Below, piece by piece: positions 1 to 13,789 of a stretch of DNA of 64,000 nucleotides (position 1 is the stretch's first letter; every line of letters begins with the position of its first letter). Source of the DNA: Octopus sinensis (lineage: Eukaryota); contig NC_043014.1 of NCBI RefSeq assembly GCF_006345805.1, positions 19,654,001 to 19,718,000 on the forward strand. The letters run 5' to 3'. The position numbers and the translations under genes are program-made. A model generated the notes under the pieces. The model was not told the origin of the DNA. It did not search any database and saw nothing but the letters and a program-made list of their open reading frames with translations.

Positions 1-201
1 GTTGAGTTCTACGTCTAGTTGTGGTGTCCTGTACTCACGCATATATATTTATATATGCATGTATATATACATGTAGATGTAGGTACGTACATATATGTAT
101 GTATGCATATATTTTATTTATTACACTATTGTATGACAGCGCCCTCGCGTCGATTCGATTCGATTCGTTCGTTTCGTTCCGTTCTTATTCTCCAAGTACT
201 G

Positions 202-238
<37 letters not shown>

Positions 239-310
239 TATATAAATACATGTATATATGTATGTGTATGTATATATACATGTGTGCGTATGTATATATA
301 TATGCATGTA

Positions 311-366
<56 letters not shown>

Positions 367-1239
367 TATATTATGTTATATTATGTTGTATCATTTGTAT
401 GCATAATATATTACAGTGAGTGTTTTTGCATTTCCTCAACCGTCTCAAAAACGGAAAGTATTTCTACCATTACTTTATATAATAGCTAGCACATCTGTCT
501 AGTCTATCCTATGACTGTGCTGAGGAAGTGAGCGCGAGCGGGCGAGAGATTGATATACGCGTGTGTGTGTATGTGTGTGTGTTTGTGTGTGTGTGAAATG
601 TGAAAAAGATGGGAGGGAAAAGAGACTATGTTAGTAAATGTTTTGTTTTGATCACATGATTTAATTACAAGGGCTTCGTTGAGCATCTAATGCCGTAGAG
701 GGAACCATCAGTTCATTTATTCCAGCAAATCACATTATCACGAGGGAAAAGTTTGAGAGGGCTGGTCGTATATATGAGACATTTGCTATCTCTGATTCCA
801 CTAGTGGGGAAATATCTTCAATTGCAGCTTCTTTGGAATAGTTCTGTGCATCGTTGAGAGATAAGAGTAGGAACTCATGTTAAATCGAATGTTAAATGTT
901 TGCAGCTTAATTGCGTTGGAATTTCTCCTGCGTTCGTTTCATCAGAGTGATATGAGGAACGTGTGACATATAACGGGGATGACTTAATACCGTGTTAATA
1001 ATGTTGGCTACATCTAATGGGTAGAATTTATCGAGTCAACTTTTCTTATGGTGTCAATCAATAAGTACCATGCTAATACTAGAGTGACCTCCTCTTCCTC
1101 TTCTTTCGCTCCTCTTCTTTCGCTCCTCTTCTTTCGCTCCTCTTCCTTCGCTTCTTCTCTCTCGTCTACCCCTCCTTGTAGTTCTCATTCCTCTGTATGT
1201 GTGTATGTTTGTATGCATGTATGTATGTATGTATGTATG

Positions 1240-1270
<31 letters not shown>

Positions 1271-1676
1271 GTATGTATGTATGTATGTATGTATTTATGT
1301 ATACATTTATGTATGTATGTAGGCCATTGTTTAGTTTTATTTCAAGATTTCTTCTCAGTAGAGAAAGAGCCGGTTTCTAACCTTGATCCAAGGGTCATTC
1401 ATTGGAATTTCAACATCAAGAACAAGGTATTTTTGATTGCATGTATGAATATATGTATATATATATATGTATGAATTTATGAATGTATCTATATATGTTC
1501 TCTTTCACTTTCTAATTTTAGAGTAAATTTTGCCTGGCCACCTGCTTGGAAGCAAGCTTGTGAAGGAAAGCATCTTGTTTCAGCTACCATCCTTTAGACA
1601 TTATCAAGGTATTGTACATTTTTTTAATCCCATATATCGTAACCCTTTGTAGTATATGAATTAAGGATTCTCTATG

Positions 1677-1707
<31 letters not shown>

Positions 1708-1989
1708 GTATTTATGTATGTATGTATGTATGTATGTATGTATGTATGTATGTATGTATGTATGTATGTATGTATGTATGTATATATGTATGTATATTCT
1801 CTTAATCATTTAAATTCTTCCTATAAGAAAGGAGTTGGTTTCTCACAAAGACACAAAGCTCCATCTTTGGAATGTAAATAACAAAATCAATGTCATATTT
1901 TAATCATGAGAAGAATCTTGCATAGTTTTACTGTTCGGCTTACAGATTGCATTTGTAATGTGCACAAATCCAAGTGCACCAATTATTAT

Positions 1990-2620
1990 TAGTATAAATC
2001 TGGATATGGAAATGTAGGTTTCGAAACAGTTATGCAGTGTTTTTCTCTTTCTCTCCGATTTTCGAAGAGACATTCATATCAGTAAGTCATATGACCTCTG
2101 TGACAGTACACACTTTCTCTTCTCTGTCTCAAACAAAAATATTCGGCCTTCTATATTTTCACACGACATGTTTTGATGGAAATGATCCACCAGTACTCCT
2201 ACGGTTGACGTTTTTATATACATTTATTTACAAAGGGATTTCCTATATTTACTCTATGTCAGTGTGTTTTCTACGAATGGCAATGCATACTGTTTTTTCG
2301 AAAACGTCGTTTCGCATTGATGAGTGACGGCTTCCACAGAAATGCGACATAATCTCCATTTTCGGTTGCATCATGGAACTCCGAATACTCTATTGTCTCT
2401 TTTTTTTATGAAGTATTTCGTAGCAATCTCCTACCTTTGGTCTGCGAGTGTGATGTGATGTAGCGGTAACGAGTCCAAAGGAGCTGTGACTCATGTCAAT
2501 ATTTCTACCTTATTTGAAGTCTTCAGGAAACATACCCACTCCCAATTTTTAGGCATATGAATCTTTTCACATCTAGGCCTTCATTGAGGTGTATTAGGGA
2601 TTGTATGGAAAGAAATAATG
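1990..2620 (-). mobile_element. Old R4/Dong-type (RLE) non-LTR retrotransposon fragment, C-terminal zinc finger and restriction-like endonuclease
   Basis: Minus-strand translation with stops and frameshifts gives ITLADQR*EIATKYFIKKRD..KWRLCRISVEAVTH.C (zinc-finger region ~2340-2355) and RPNIFV*DREEKVCTVTEVI*LTDMNVSSKIGEKEK (~2135-2149). The motif order matches the element at 24377-26330. Confidence 0.65.
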
Positions 2621-2699
2621 AAGAGAATCCTTCCCGAAGAGCTCACATTCGACACGTAAGTTTATTCTCCTCTTCAGAACAAAATTCATACCTACATTC

Positions 2700-2730
<31 letters not shown>

Positions 2731-3156
2731 TGTATGTATGTATGTATGTATGTATGTATGTATGTATGCATGCATGCATGCATGTATGTAAGTACGTATA
2801 GAAGTAAAATTAATTAAATTGGAATACCCTTATGTTAATAAATTATCAAAAGTTTCTTTAGAAACTCTTTCACCAGAAAAAATAAAAATTTGAACTGTTG
2901 AACGAGGGGTCAAGCTGTACAGAGAAGTTAACGCGCGCGTACACTTCATTGTGATAGGTTCGTCTTGTTAGATGATGGCAGTGTCATGGAGGACCGATCT
3001 GCATCCTTGTATTACGGAGACATCCTTTGGGTATTCTTTACAAATTATGGAATGATATATACATATATAACAATAACAACAACAATAACAACAACAGCAA
3101 AAACAACATCAACAACAACAACAACACAACAATACTACTACTACTACTACTACTAC

Positions 3157-3194
<38 letters not shown>

Positions 3195-3279
3195 TTAATG
3201 ATAAAAAAGTGACAACAAAAAAATGAGACCTCGATATCAGATAAACATTGTCTTATTTATATATAATGTCAGTAGGTCT

Positions 3280-3370
3280 ATTTCCATTAATAGCCGACGA
3301 GAATGTATCGTAGCTCTTCGGTCCGATATTCGAGACTCCGAGTACTAATAATGACAAGTTAGTGTTCGTT
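3280..3370 (+). repeat. Dispersed repeat family E (partial copy)
   Basis: CCATTAATAGCCGACGAGAATGTATCGTAGCTCTTC recurs at ~28175 (+) and ~26470 (-). Confidence 0.7.
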
Positions 3371-3423
3371 CCAAATTATAACACACACGTATACATACAT
3401 ACATACATACATACATACATACA

Positions 3424-3459
<36 letters not shown>

Positions 3460-3708
3460 TATATTATATATATATAATGCAGCACGAAGTTTTCTCGCGG
3501 TTTCAAAGCGACGGAAATATTTTGACACAAATGAAATTTAAAAGCTAAAATGAGACTAACGGTATTTGTGTGTTCTTGAATGGCTTACAGATATCTTCCA
3601 CTCTTTTATTGCTTTTGTTTCAACAAACGATCTTGAATCAAGTCACTTACTTTGCAAGTAGTTTTCAAATAATAGGCTGTTGGTTGTCTTCTTAAATAGT
3701 CATGTGAC

Positions 3709-3748
<40 letters not shown>

Positions 3749-4159
3749 ATATCACAGGATGTTAGCTTTTTCTCTAGCCAAATAAGCACATGCACTATAT
3801 ACTGGTTAGTTACTCGTTTGTTCTTCTTGTTTTATTTTATGTCCATTGCCTGGAAATTCTTCGTTACATATCCAGGACCTTGTCAGCGATTCTTGCATCC
3901 ACGTGTTTCCTACTATCCTGTTTAGTCCGTTCTCATGGATATACGATAACATTAGAACAATGATAAACGAGTGGAGAACGAATATATATTGATATGTGTT
4001 TTTGACAAGAACAACAATAACCATTCCGAAATATAACAATATCTGTTTCAACACACGATTACACACCAAGAATCTTGCACAAATTCATAAACTTGCAGAT
4101 ATACTTTTATATATATACACACAGATATGTGTGTATATACATATATACTTATATAATAT

Positions 4160-4223
<64 letters not shown>

Positions 4224-4372
4224 GTATCTTTGTATATAGATACATATATATTCATATATATATATATATATTATATATAATATTATATATATAATATATA
4301 ATATATTATATATATATATATATATTATATATATATATATATACAATAATATGTTACATTACACGATAGTCA

Positions 4373-4435
4373 AGATAAAACTCTGAGTTTCAGATGCCGA
4401 AGTGGAAATCCACAACACCATCTCTTCAGTTATCT
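4373..4435 (-). ncRNA. Type I hammerhead-ribozyme-like motif
   Basis: Minus strand reads AGATAA-CTGAAGA-GATG..CATC-T-GAAA-CTC A GAG-TT-TTATCT: 6-bp stem I, intact core, 4-bp stem II plus one extra U, self-complementary stem III, GUU triplet. Confidence 0.6.
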
Positions 4436-5131
4436 GGCTATTTGAAAACGCTATGAAAAAATACCGTTATATAAAGGGAAATTACTGTGTTATAACTCAG
4501 CTTACCTGCGTACTTATACATCGCTCGCATTTTTCGTCATAAAAATTATATAAAAATACATAAAAAATATATAAAAATATATAAAAATATATAAAATCTT
4601 CTTGGGACATAACATAGAAAGCATGTTCTAGTTTTCTTTAGGGGGCCAAAAACGTAACAGAAATTGTCTAAACACAAGGACAGAACTTTTCGGGTCATGC
4701 CCACATGTGACTAAATTTCTGTATCTGATGATACACATGAATATGTATATCTGAGTGTAATTCTATTAGCTCGTAGGTTAGGTTCCTTGTTGGTTAAATA
4801 TTAATATTATAATGGCACTGGATTTATTACGTAGAAAAGATATATATTTATAATATAAAAAATTAATCTATACTTTATAACTTAGCGTACATGCGATTAT
4901 AGCAAATTACGGTGAAATCAGTAATCGTTATGTTGACTACAGAAAAAACCGGTGTTCACATACTGAGTGTACCCTGCGAAAATAACATTCGACGTCGTGA
5001 TATATAATTATATGTATCTTTAAAACAAATATTTTATGGAAATATATGAGTGGATCTATTTTGTTAATTTTGTGGCATGTTTTTAGTTTTGAGAAGCTGA
5101 ATGGCTGCATGGATAGGATTATACCTCTTTT

Positions 5132-5167
<36 letters not shown>

Positions 5168-5454
5168 TGTGTTGGACTGGGTTTGTGGATATGTATGTGT
5201 ATGAGTGTATGTGTGTGTGTATACATATAATTATGTATGTATGTGCGATTGATCTGTGGATGTGCGTGTGCGTATGGCGTGTGCGTATGTGCGTTTCTTG
5301 ACTAACTAACCGTAAAATTTCTTTTGTGATTCAAATTTTAAACTATAAGCCAATCGAATTAATCTAGAATAATCAATATTAAGCGGACAGAATAACCAGA
5401 CTCTTAGTTATGTCGATATCCGATGGATGTACTTGGTGCAGACATAAATGTATC

Positions 5455-5509
<55 letters not shown>

Positions 5510-5869
5510 ATTGATAGTAATTCTTATTGACTTTTACAGGTTTATAATTTTATGAACTGAAATGTGGTTTTTTATTATTATTTTTCATGTATAGGTCTGA
5601 TTTTAATTTAAATGTGAGTGTGCATATATTTTCCTGTGTGTTAACTTTTAGAACTATTAGCTCAATATGTAGAATAATTTTGCTTACTAATATATATTGA
5701 TATATATTTTGTTTTATTTTGTTTTGTTTATCTTGTATTATTGTATTAATGAATATATATATATATGTATGTGTAGTATTATGGTGTCCATGCACACGTT
5801 TTTATATATTACATTTTTATATTTATATGTATATGAAAAAACTTTTTTCACAATTATAATTTATTAAAT

Positions 5870-5980
5870 TCTCTGAAGAGGCCGTGGGGCATCCTTGTTA
5901 ATGTTTCATTTATACCTACCTTATATGGCTTATAGGTTAAATGAGGCATGATTGCCCTTACTGCCGAAACAGCTGTCAGA
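5870..5980 (+). ncRNA. Type I hammerhead-ribozyme-like motif with long loop II
   Basis: TCT-CTGAAGA(5873-5879)-GGC...GCC(5963-5965)-GAAA(5966-5969)-C AGCT G-TC-AGA. The GUC cleavage triplet is at 5975-5977. Confidence 0.65.
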
Positions 5981-6345
5981 TATGATATAATTATATATTA
6001 TATTTTATATTTTATATTTCTATTTCCTTGTCTAATTATATTTACAATATATTTTGTATAATGCCTTTACTGTTATGTAATGGTGTAATAAAGTATTGAT
6101 TGGGTATCATCTGATGGTTGATGTTTGATTGATTTAAGTATGTTTCTCCATTTTCTAATTTTGTAGTATTAATTTACGGTAATATTTTTACATTTGCCCG
6201 TATAATACAGTAGATGGACTAATTGCTTGGTAATTTTTAACATTTATGTATTAGTCTTGTTGGGTACCTCTCTAGCAGTATATTGGATATATATTATCCC
6301 ATGGTGGGTTGAATTTTTAACCCCTATCTCATTTTATAATATATA

Positions 6346-6416
<71 letters not shown>

Positions 6417-6475
6417 GAAACATACATATATAAATACATACATATATATACATATATACAAATATATATATATAT

Positions 6476-6655
6476 AGGGAAAGTTTACGAAAATAAACAA
6501 AAGACGAAGACAGATGGTGTACAAAACAAACAGATGTATTAGTATAACGCTCAGGAATAGAAAAATTATTTTACGTGTCGAGCCTACGCTCTTCTACAGA
6601 AAGGTACACAGAAAAAAAAAGGAGAGAAAAAAAAGGAGAGAAAAAAGGACACATA
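6476..6655 (-). mobile_element. Family P1, PLE-like terminal repeat (copy 1) within (TA)n
   Basis: Homologous to 28903-29080 (-) and 53495-53665 (+). Carries a hammerhead-like motif at 6569-6603, with GAAA mutated to GACA in this copy. Confidence 0.65.
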
Positions 6656-6674
6656 AATATATACATACATACAT

Positions 6675-6782
<108 letters not shown>

Positions 6783-7680
6783 TTCATATAAAAATATATG
6801 AAGAATGAAGTCACAGACAAATCGCAAACGGCCATTCTCAAAGTATTTACAGCAGAAACGAAGTAAATCCGAAGCAATTCTTTTCAAATACACTCCAATG
6901 GCCGATTGTATTATGAAAGACGCTTACATCGTAGCAGAACAATTGTCAATGTATCTAATGGCTGTTGTAATTTGCATATCATTTGATAACAGGTCTGATA
7001 CTGATTTTTACTCTAAATTATCATAGAGAACCATTCATGTAGACATATTTTGCACAATGCTGCTTACGTTTGTGTCACATGTATACTTAGATACATGTCA
7101 GATATTAAAATTCTATAATATGGCATATAAGCCTTTATTTGCGTATGTGTGAATGAATATGTGTGTCTGTGTGTGTGCGTGATATATATATATATTATAT
7201 ATATATATATTATACATATATATATATATATAATATATATAATATATATATATATTATATTATATATATATATATTATATATTAATATAGATATATATAT
7301 ATATATATATATAAGGTCTTTATTTAGCTGTGTGGCATCTACCGCGGTATCGTTTATTCTAACCGAAGATCCACGTTTAAATGGGAATAAATATTACCTC
7401 TCTGTGTTGATATCATAATTATAAATATGCACAAGTACACGGACACATGCACATAAACATACACACGCATACATACACATATACTTATATATTGATGCGT
7501 TTAGGCGTTTATGTGTGTATTCATGCATATTGTTGTGTATGAATAACTTCTTTACTGTATTTCTGTCTTAGTATGTATATATCTAGCAAACTGTCTCCTC
7601 GTCCGTCTCTCAGTCTCTGTCCCTCTCACACTGAATATCCACAAACTTGTTTATATAAATTTTCAATCAATACACCCTTT

Positions 7681-7916
7681 TAAAACCTAGCCAGGCTCAT
7701 GGGCCCGGTTTCCCGGTTTTAATGGCGTATGTGTTCTTCAGCTGGACGGGACGCCAGTCCATCGCAGCGTTACTCATTTTTGCCAGCTGAGTGGACTGAA
7801 GCGACGTGAAAGGAAGTGTTTTGCTCAAGAACACAATGCGTCACCCGGTCCAGGAATCGAAACCACAATCTTACGATCATGATGCTGACACCCTGACCAC
7901 TAAGCCACGCGCCTCC
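7681..7916 (-). mobile_element. tRNA-derived SINE
   Basis: Minus strand starts GGAGGCGCGTGGCTTAGTGG (A box) then GGTTTCGATTCC (B box), followed by a GTGTTCTTGAGCAAAACACTT core-like segment. Confidence 0.85.
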
Positions 7917-7929
7917 GCATATAAATTTT

Positions 7930-8670
7930 AGATACACTTAAATGTGTTTGACCAAAGATTGGTCCAGGCCATGTCTAACTTAATAGCACCACTGAACAGG
8001 ATTTGCTAAATCCTTTTTTAAGATTTCTGGTATCATGGCCCATTCAAATAGGGAGTTCTCGTTGAGTGAGTTATATCCAGTTATATGTGACTTCTGGTAT
8101 CCCTTGAAGAAATTTGTCCAGATTCCGTTTGAAGATGATGTTATCTTTTCGTCTTTTATTTGTTTGGGGGCAATGTGAAAAGGGGCAGGGCAAATTCGGG
8201 AAAAGAAATTGTGCTGCAGTGTATCTATGTATTATGATACTGAATTGTATAGGGGACGTATAGCACGAACTCCTTGTTCTAGATGAATTCTGAAACTAAC
8301 GTTAAGGTCGATTGAGCAATGCTGGTGGTATGTTCTCCACATTGTACAAATGCTGTATCGCTCACGGCAGCGCTGGAGAGAATAGACTTTCAATGCTTTA
8401 AGGTGATCAGTCATGCCATTAATTCTTTCAGTGAATGCCGTCTGGGGTGAATCAATTGTCCAAATATTTTATTTTGTGGTGGGAGATCACAAGGGGCAGC
8501 AGTATTCTATGTGTGACCATACAAAGGAAGAGAAAGGAGGAATGATGACACCTTTTTCTCTGGACCGGAAAGTGGTTAGGATCCAAGATCAAATCTTACG
8601 AGCTATATCGACTTTATTGTTGATGTGGGCACTCCAGCGGAGATTTTTTCAACAATTATACCTAGGTCAA
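7930..8670 (-). mobile_element. CR1-clade LINE 3' fragment (RT C-terminus), degenerate
   Basis: Translation gives DLGIIV..LRWSAHINNKV..ILTTFRSRE..FVWSHIEYCCPL*SP..LKVYSLQRCRERY, with several stops and a frameshift. Confidence 0.9.
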
Positions 8671-8940
8671 TATACAAATCAGAATAATTATACGATATAT
8701 ATTAACTTTGTTAATTCGAGTAATTCAAAGGGATAAAGTATGGGGTTAAACCACTCGTTAAACCTTGACATATGGCACCTCACTTTCAAGCGGCAGCAGA
8801 GATCCAAGATATGTTTGGGAATCTATTAATACACACATATACATATGGAATACACATACTCACACACACACACATACACACACACATGCACATGTGTGCA
8901 TATATAATTTATCAAATCCATTAGTAAATAGAAAATAACT

Positions 8941-9160
8941 AACCCTTTCCACTATAGGAACAAAACCTGATATTTGGGGGCAGAGGGATGGATGGTTGAT
9001 TACATCGCCACTAGAGCTTGACTAGTACTTATTTTATCGACTCCGAATGGATGGAAAGGCAAAGTCGACTTCCATGGAATTTGAACTCAGAATGTAATGA
9101 AGGACAAAATGCCTCTAAGCATTTTGCTTGGCGCGCTAACGATTCGGCCAGCTTGCCGCC
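8941..9160 (-). mobile_element. SINE family A
   Basis: Minus strand starts GGCGGCAAGCTGGCCGAATC and contains CTGAGTTCAAATTCC (B-box-like). Homologous to about ten other copies in the window. Confidence 0.85.
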
Positions 9161-9909
9161 TGATATGGAAAATAAATAATAAATAAACGCATTAAAAAAT
9201 ATTGAATAAACTCTGCGTTTTTAGCATCAATGTTGCTGCGGGTGGTGTCTTAATGGTAATGATGAAGATGATGACGACGACAGACAACGGGGTGATGAGG
9301 ATGGTGAAGTTCAATAGACCCGAATCATTAGATTCTGACAAGAAAACACAAGATCAAAGGCGTTCGATCTTATCTTTAATCGCGATATCAACGACTTCCT
9401 CAACCGATATATTCTTTCCATATTTAAAAGGAGATTGTGTGTGGGCTTGAAGGTGGGTTGCGCTGTATTTTCGCATCGCAGGTGCTATTGTCTTTATATT
9501 TCGTTGTCTTTCTGGTATCCAAAGACATCTATCAATAAATGAAGTGAATTCCATCCATTACACCGCCCACCCAGATGGGTGACTGTACACCTAATTTAAA
9601 AATCAATATTACTCAAAAACATATACACATACATGCAAACACAAACACACACATGCATACACACACATACATGCATGCAAACACAAACACACACACACAC
9701 ACATACATACATACACACTCATGTACACGCATATACATATGGATACACATATTCACACGCACACACACGCGCGCACGTGTATGCATATATAATTTCTATA
9801 GATATGTTTTATATATAATCAGCACACACAAGCGCACGAGCGAAAAAGCTCACATACATATATTGCATATATATGTATATATATATATATTATATATATA
9901 TATTATATA

Positions 9910-9961
<52 letters not shown>

Positions 9962-10121
9962 TAAAATTCCTTCTAGAATTGTAGCTTAATGGCAACTAAA
10001 TAAGTAAATCGATATTAAGTGTGGCAAGAGTATGGTATGAGATTTTCAAACATCGATGGAGAAAATCGATACAAAAATTATTAGATAATACTCGCTAGAG
10101 CTTGTGCATATATGTATATAT

Positions 10122-10185
<64 letters not shown>

Positions 10186-10187
10186 TT

Positions 10188-10237
<50 letters not shown>

Positions 10238-10869
10238 TATATATGGGAACACTGTAACTCGATGCATATCGCATAACAGCATAAAACAATAAATAATAGA
10301 ACGTAAATATTGATAAACCCTTTTGGATACGAAAAGTCGAAGTCTTCCCGTGGGACCAGATCCTATACAATCTTATACGATGGGTTTCAGCATCCAGTAT
10401 TCCAAATAAAGAAAAGAATTATTTCACGTTCTCTTGAAAGTTCCTAGAATTCTGATACCTATACATATGTGCATGTATCTATTAATGTGTTTGTACATGG
10501 GCGTGTGTGTGTGTGTGTGTATGTGTGTGTGCGTGTGTGTGTGTGTGTGCATGTGTGTATCTAGATATATTACTTTTTGAATTATCTAACAAGATTATGT
10601 ATTGCACAATGAGAAAATTAACCAATCGTGTCAGAGAATGCACTGTTATGCGAATTAGTCTAAAACAATGAGAATAGTAGATTGCATATACTACAAATAA
10701 CTGAAGGCTAGTTTTCCTCTTCTTGGACTGAAGTGAGTAATTCTTCCACTGACCAAAGTTTGGCAAAATCTAAAATCCTGTTCGATTTTAAACCACCACG
10801 GATTTGTTCATGGAGAGATAACATTTATGACCTAGAACATTTAAACCACTGGATTAGTGTTGTATTTTT

Positions 10870-11335
10870 TGAGATATCAGATTCCAGCCACATAGTTCCG
10901 GGTTCAGGCCAGCAAAGTGGCACCTTAGATGTGTGTCTTCTACTATAACCCGTGCAAAGTAAATCTTTGAGAGTGGATCTGAGAGACCTAAGCTAAAAGG
11001 AAACAATTGTGTGTGTGTGTTTGTGTGTATGAATGTATGTGAATAGATGGTTGGATGGATGAATGGATGGATGGATGTATGGATAGATGGTTAGATGGAT
11101 GGATGGAGGGAGGAGGGAAGGATAGATGTGCATGTGCCTTTGTTTTTGTCCCTCGCCATTGTTTATCAATCGGTATCTGTTTGTTTACGTCCTCATATTT
11201 TAACGAAACCGATAGATTAAGTAGAAAGGCTTAGAAAATGAGAATCGAAGAGCGATCAGTTCGACTAAAACCTTTCAAGGTAGTGCCCCAGCATGGCGCA
11301 GCCCAATGACCGAAACAAGTATAAGATGAAAGATA
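10870..11335 (+). mobile_element. SINE family B, degenerate full-length copy with internal microsatellite
   Basis: Head (GGTTCAG..GTGGCACCTTAG..TGTCTTCTACTATA) and tail (..CCAGCATGGC..AATGACCGAAACAAGTA) match 23455-23890 and 28658-29745. Confidence 0.7.
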
Positions 11336-11421
11336 TAAGAATATATATGTTTGTATATATGTGTGTGTTGGTACACATATATATGTGTGTGGGGTGTACA
11401 CATATATATATGTGTGTGTGT

Positions 11422-11454
<33 letters not shown>

Positions 11455-12472
11455 GGAGTGTGTGTGTGTTATGCATTCTACATTGTATATACGCAAGCGT
11501 GCATTCATACATACAATCATTATGTACATACGCATATACATATTAATGCGAAACTTGTTTTTTTTTTGCTCTATACATGAATATTCACATGAATGTATTC
11601 CTTTCAGCTGTAAGAATGCGCATGTGTGTCTCTCTGTAAATATCTCCGCATGTAATTAATATTTGTTTGTGGATTTATGTGAATCGACGAGATTTTACGG
11701 CTGTGTTGACGTGTACATGCATTTGTGCTTATATGTATGTTCTGTGGAAACTACGTATGTTGTTGTTTAGCCACTGGTTGACTCAGCAGGCTTATGATCA
11801 AAATTCTTCCAGAAATGACCACGCCTCCTTGTTCTTTTTAGGAATAGTGTATCTAACACTATTATTTAACATATCGCTCCATTTTTTTTTCAAGTGGTAA
11901 GATGTGATTCGCAGGTAGGTCTGCTGCTACATTAACTTTCTCTGTTCTACTTACATGTCTTGTGTGTTAGCGCGTGCATGCATGCGTTAGCGCGTGCATG
12001 CGTATCGACGTCAGCCAAGCTAACAGGTCAATCTCTCTGGTTGACACTTACTTGTCTCACATTCTTTCCTTTGATCTTTCGTTTCACCATTTATAGATAC
12101 ATGCAGACATATATATTCATATACTAATACATGCATATAAATAACCGCGCGCCAACAGACATACGCATGCACTTACACACACATACCCACTCACACATAC
12201 ACTTTTCAATGCAGGAATATGTGTATGTGTTTCTACTTGGATGTATATGCGTAAGTACGTATGTGGTTGTGTGTGTGTGTTTACGTACGTGCTTACTGAC
12301 GTGCTTACTGACGTTTAAATCATTAACATTTACAGCTATTGCAGTGTTCTGCTGGATAAAATGTATAAATGCGAAGAGAGAGAATGCGTTCAGAAAACTT
12401 GTTGAAATATCAAATAAATAAATAAATAATGGTTGGAAATCGGGTAGAAAGCGTGTATTTATGATGCATACA

Positions 12473-12507
<35 letters not shown>

Positions 12508-13789
12508 GCACACACACTCACACAAAACACACATGTATATATACATAACGTGGCAAATATCGACAAGTAGAAAACTTGTAAAAATAAGCAGAAAATATCT
12601 GCAAAATGTGTAGTAGTTGTAGAAATAATGATTGAACTTTTTATAACATATAAAATCGAAGAGATATCGCTTTTCTCGTGTCGTTATTATGTGGAAAATG
12701 TATCCGTATTAAAGAAACAATTTACTCTGGTTAACAGGTGAAATCCAACGGTTAGATGTTTTGAAATTGCGCGTCAAAAACTTGTCGAGTAAGTTTTGTA
12801 AACAGAAACGTTTGGAGAGAGATAAGAAATTCTTTAGACATGTAACCATAATAATTTGTGCATCCATGGGAAAGTTATTAAGATAGATAAAATACAATGT
12901 TAATACTTGAAATACGCATGCCAAATATAAGAAAACTTAAGCGGGTTGATAACGGGTAGAATACCTTTAAGAAAACGGACATAAAATTCATGTGAATTGT
13001 TTTTAAACTTTTGATAACAATATATAAAAGTAACAAATAACACACACGGACACAGACGTGTCAATATATACATGCACACATTCAACAGCAACAACAACAA
13101 ATTAGAATGTATACAAAACGGTCCGGAAGGAGATTTGATTCTAATGGTCTGGTAATTGTAGAAATGATTGAAAAACAAACAAACAAGGTTTTGGTAGGAA
13201 ACACTAGTGCCAAGGAGTGGGGGGAGGAGAAAAGTAAAGAGAGCGAAAACACTTGTAGAACAAGGGTGAGTAACAATAGGGCTGTGTTATTGTTGAAGTG
13301 TGAATTTCGAACAATGGTGCCGATAGACACGCTATTACAGATAGATAAATAGATAGGTAGATAGATAGATAGAGAGAGAGATGGGTAGATGGATAGAGAG
13401 ATAGATAGATACATGCATGCATACATACATACATATCCATATACCTATATATACATATATATATGTGTGTGTATATCTATCTATCTATATATTATATATA
13501 TATATACGTATGTATGTATGTATGTATGTATGTATGTATGTATGTATGTATGTATGTATGTATGTATGTACAAACACTCACACGGCACACACCCAGATCC
13601 TTACGCGAATACATTATTATGATAGAAAACATAGCGTTAACGTATACCTACCGGAGGTTCGGAGCGAGGAGTGAATAGCGAAGAGTCAAATGACAGACCA
13701 CGTTTGAGTTTGACAGTTCGTGTCCAAATTTTTCGCCTCAAGGACATTTTCCCTCTTAATAGTAATACCTCACCGTTATCCTCAGGGAT

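Noticed and set aside
2479-2492. The 14-mer AGGAGCTGTGACTC shared with ~38196
   Set aside because: The flanks do not align, and a few 14-mer matches are expected by chance in 64 kb.
12047-12095. Minus-strand mini-exon MVKRKIKGKNVRQ|GTAAGT
   Set aside because: It has only 13 codons, no acceptor or promoter evidence and no recognisable homology.
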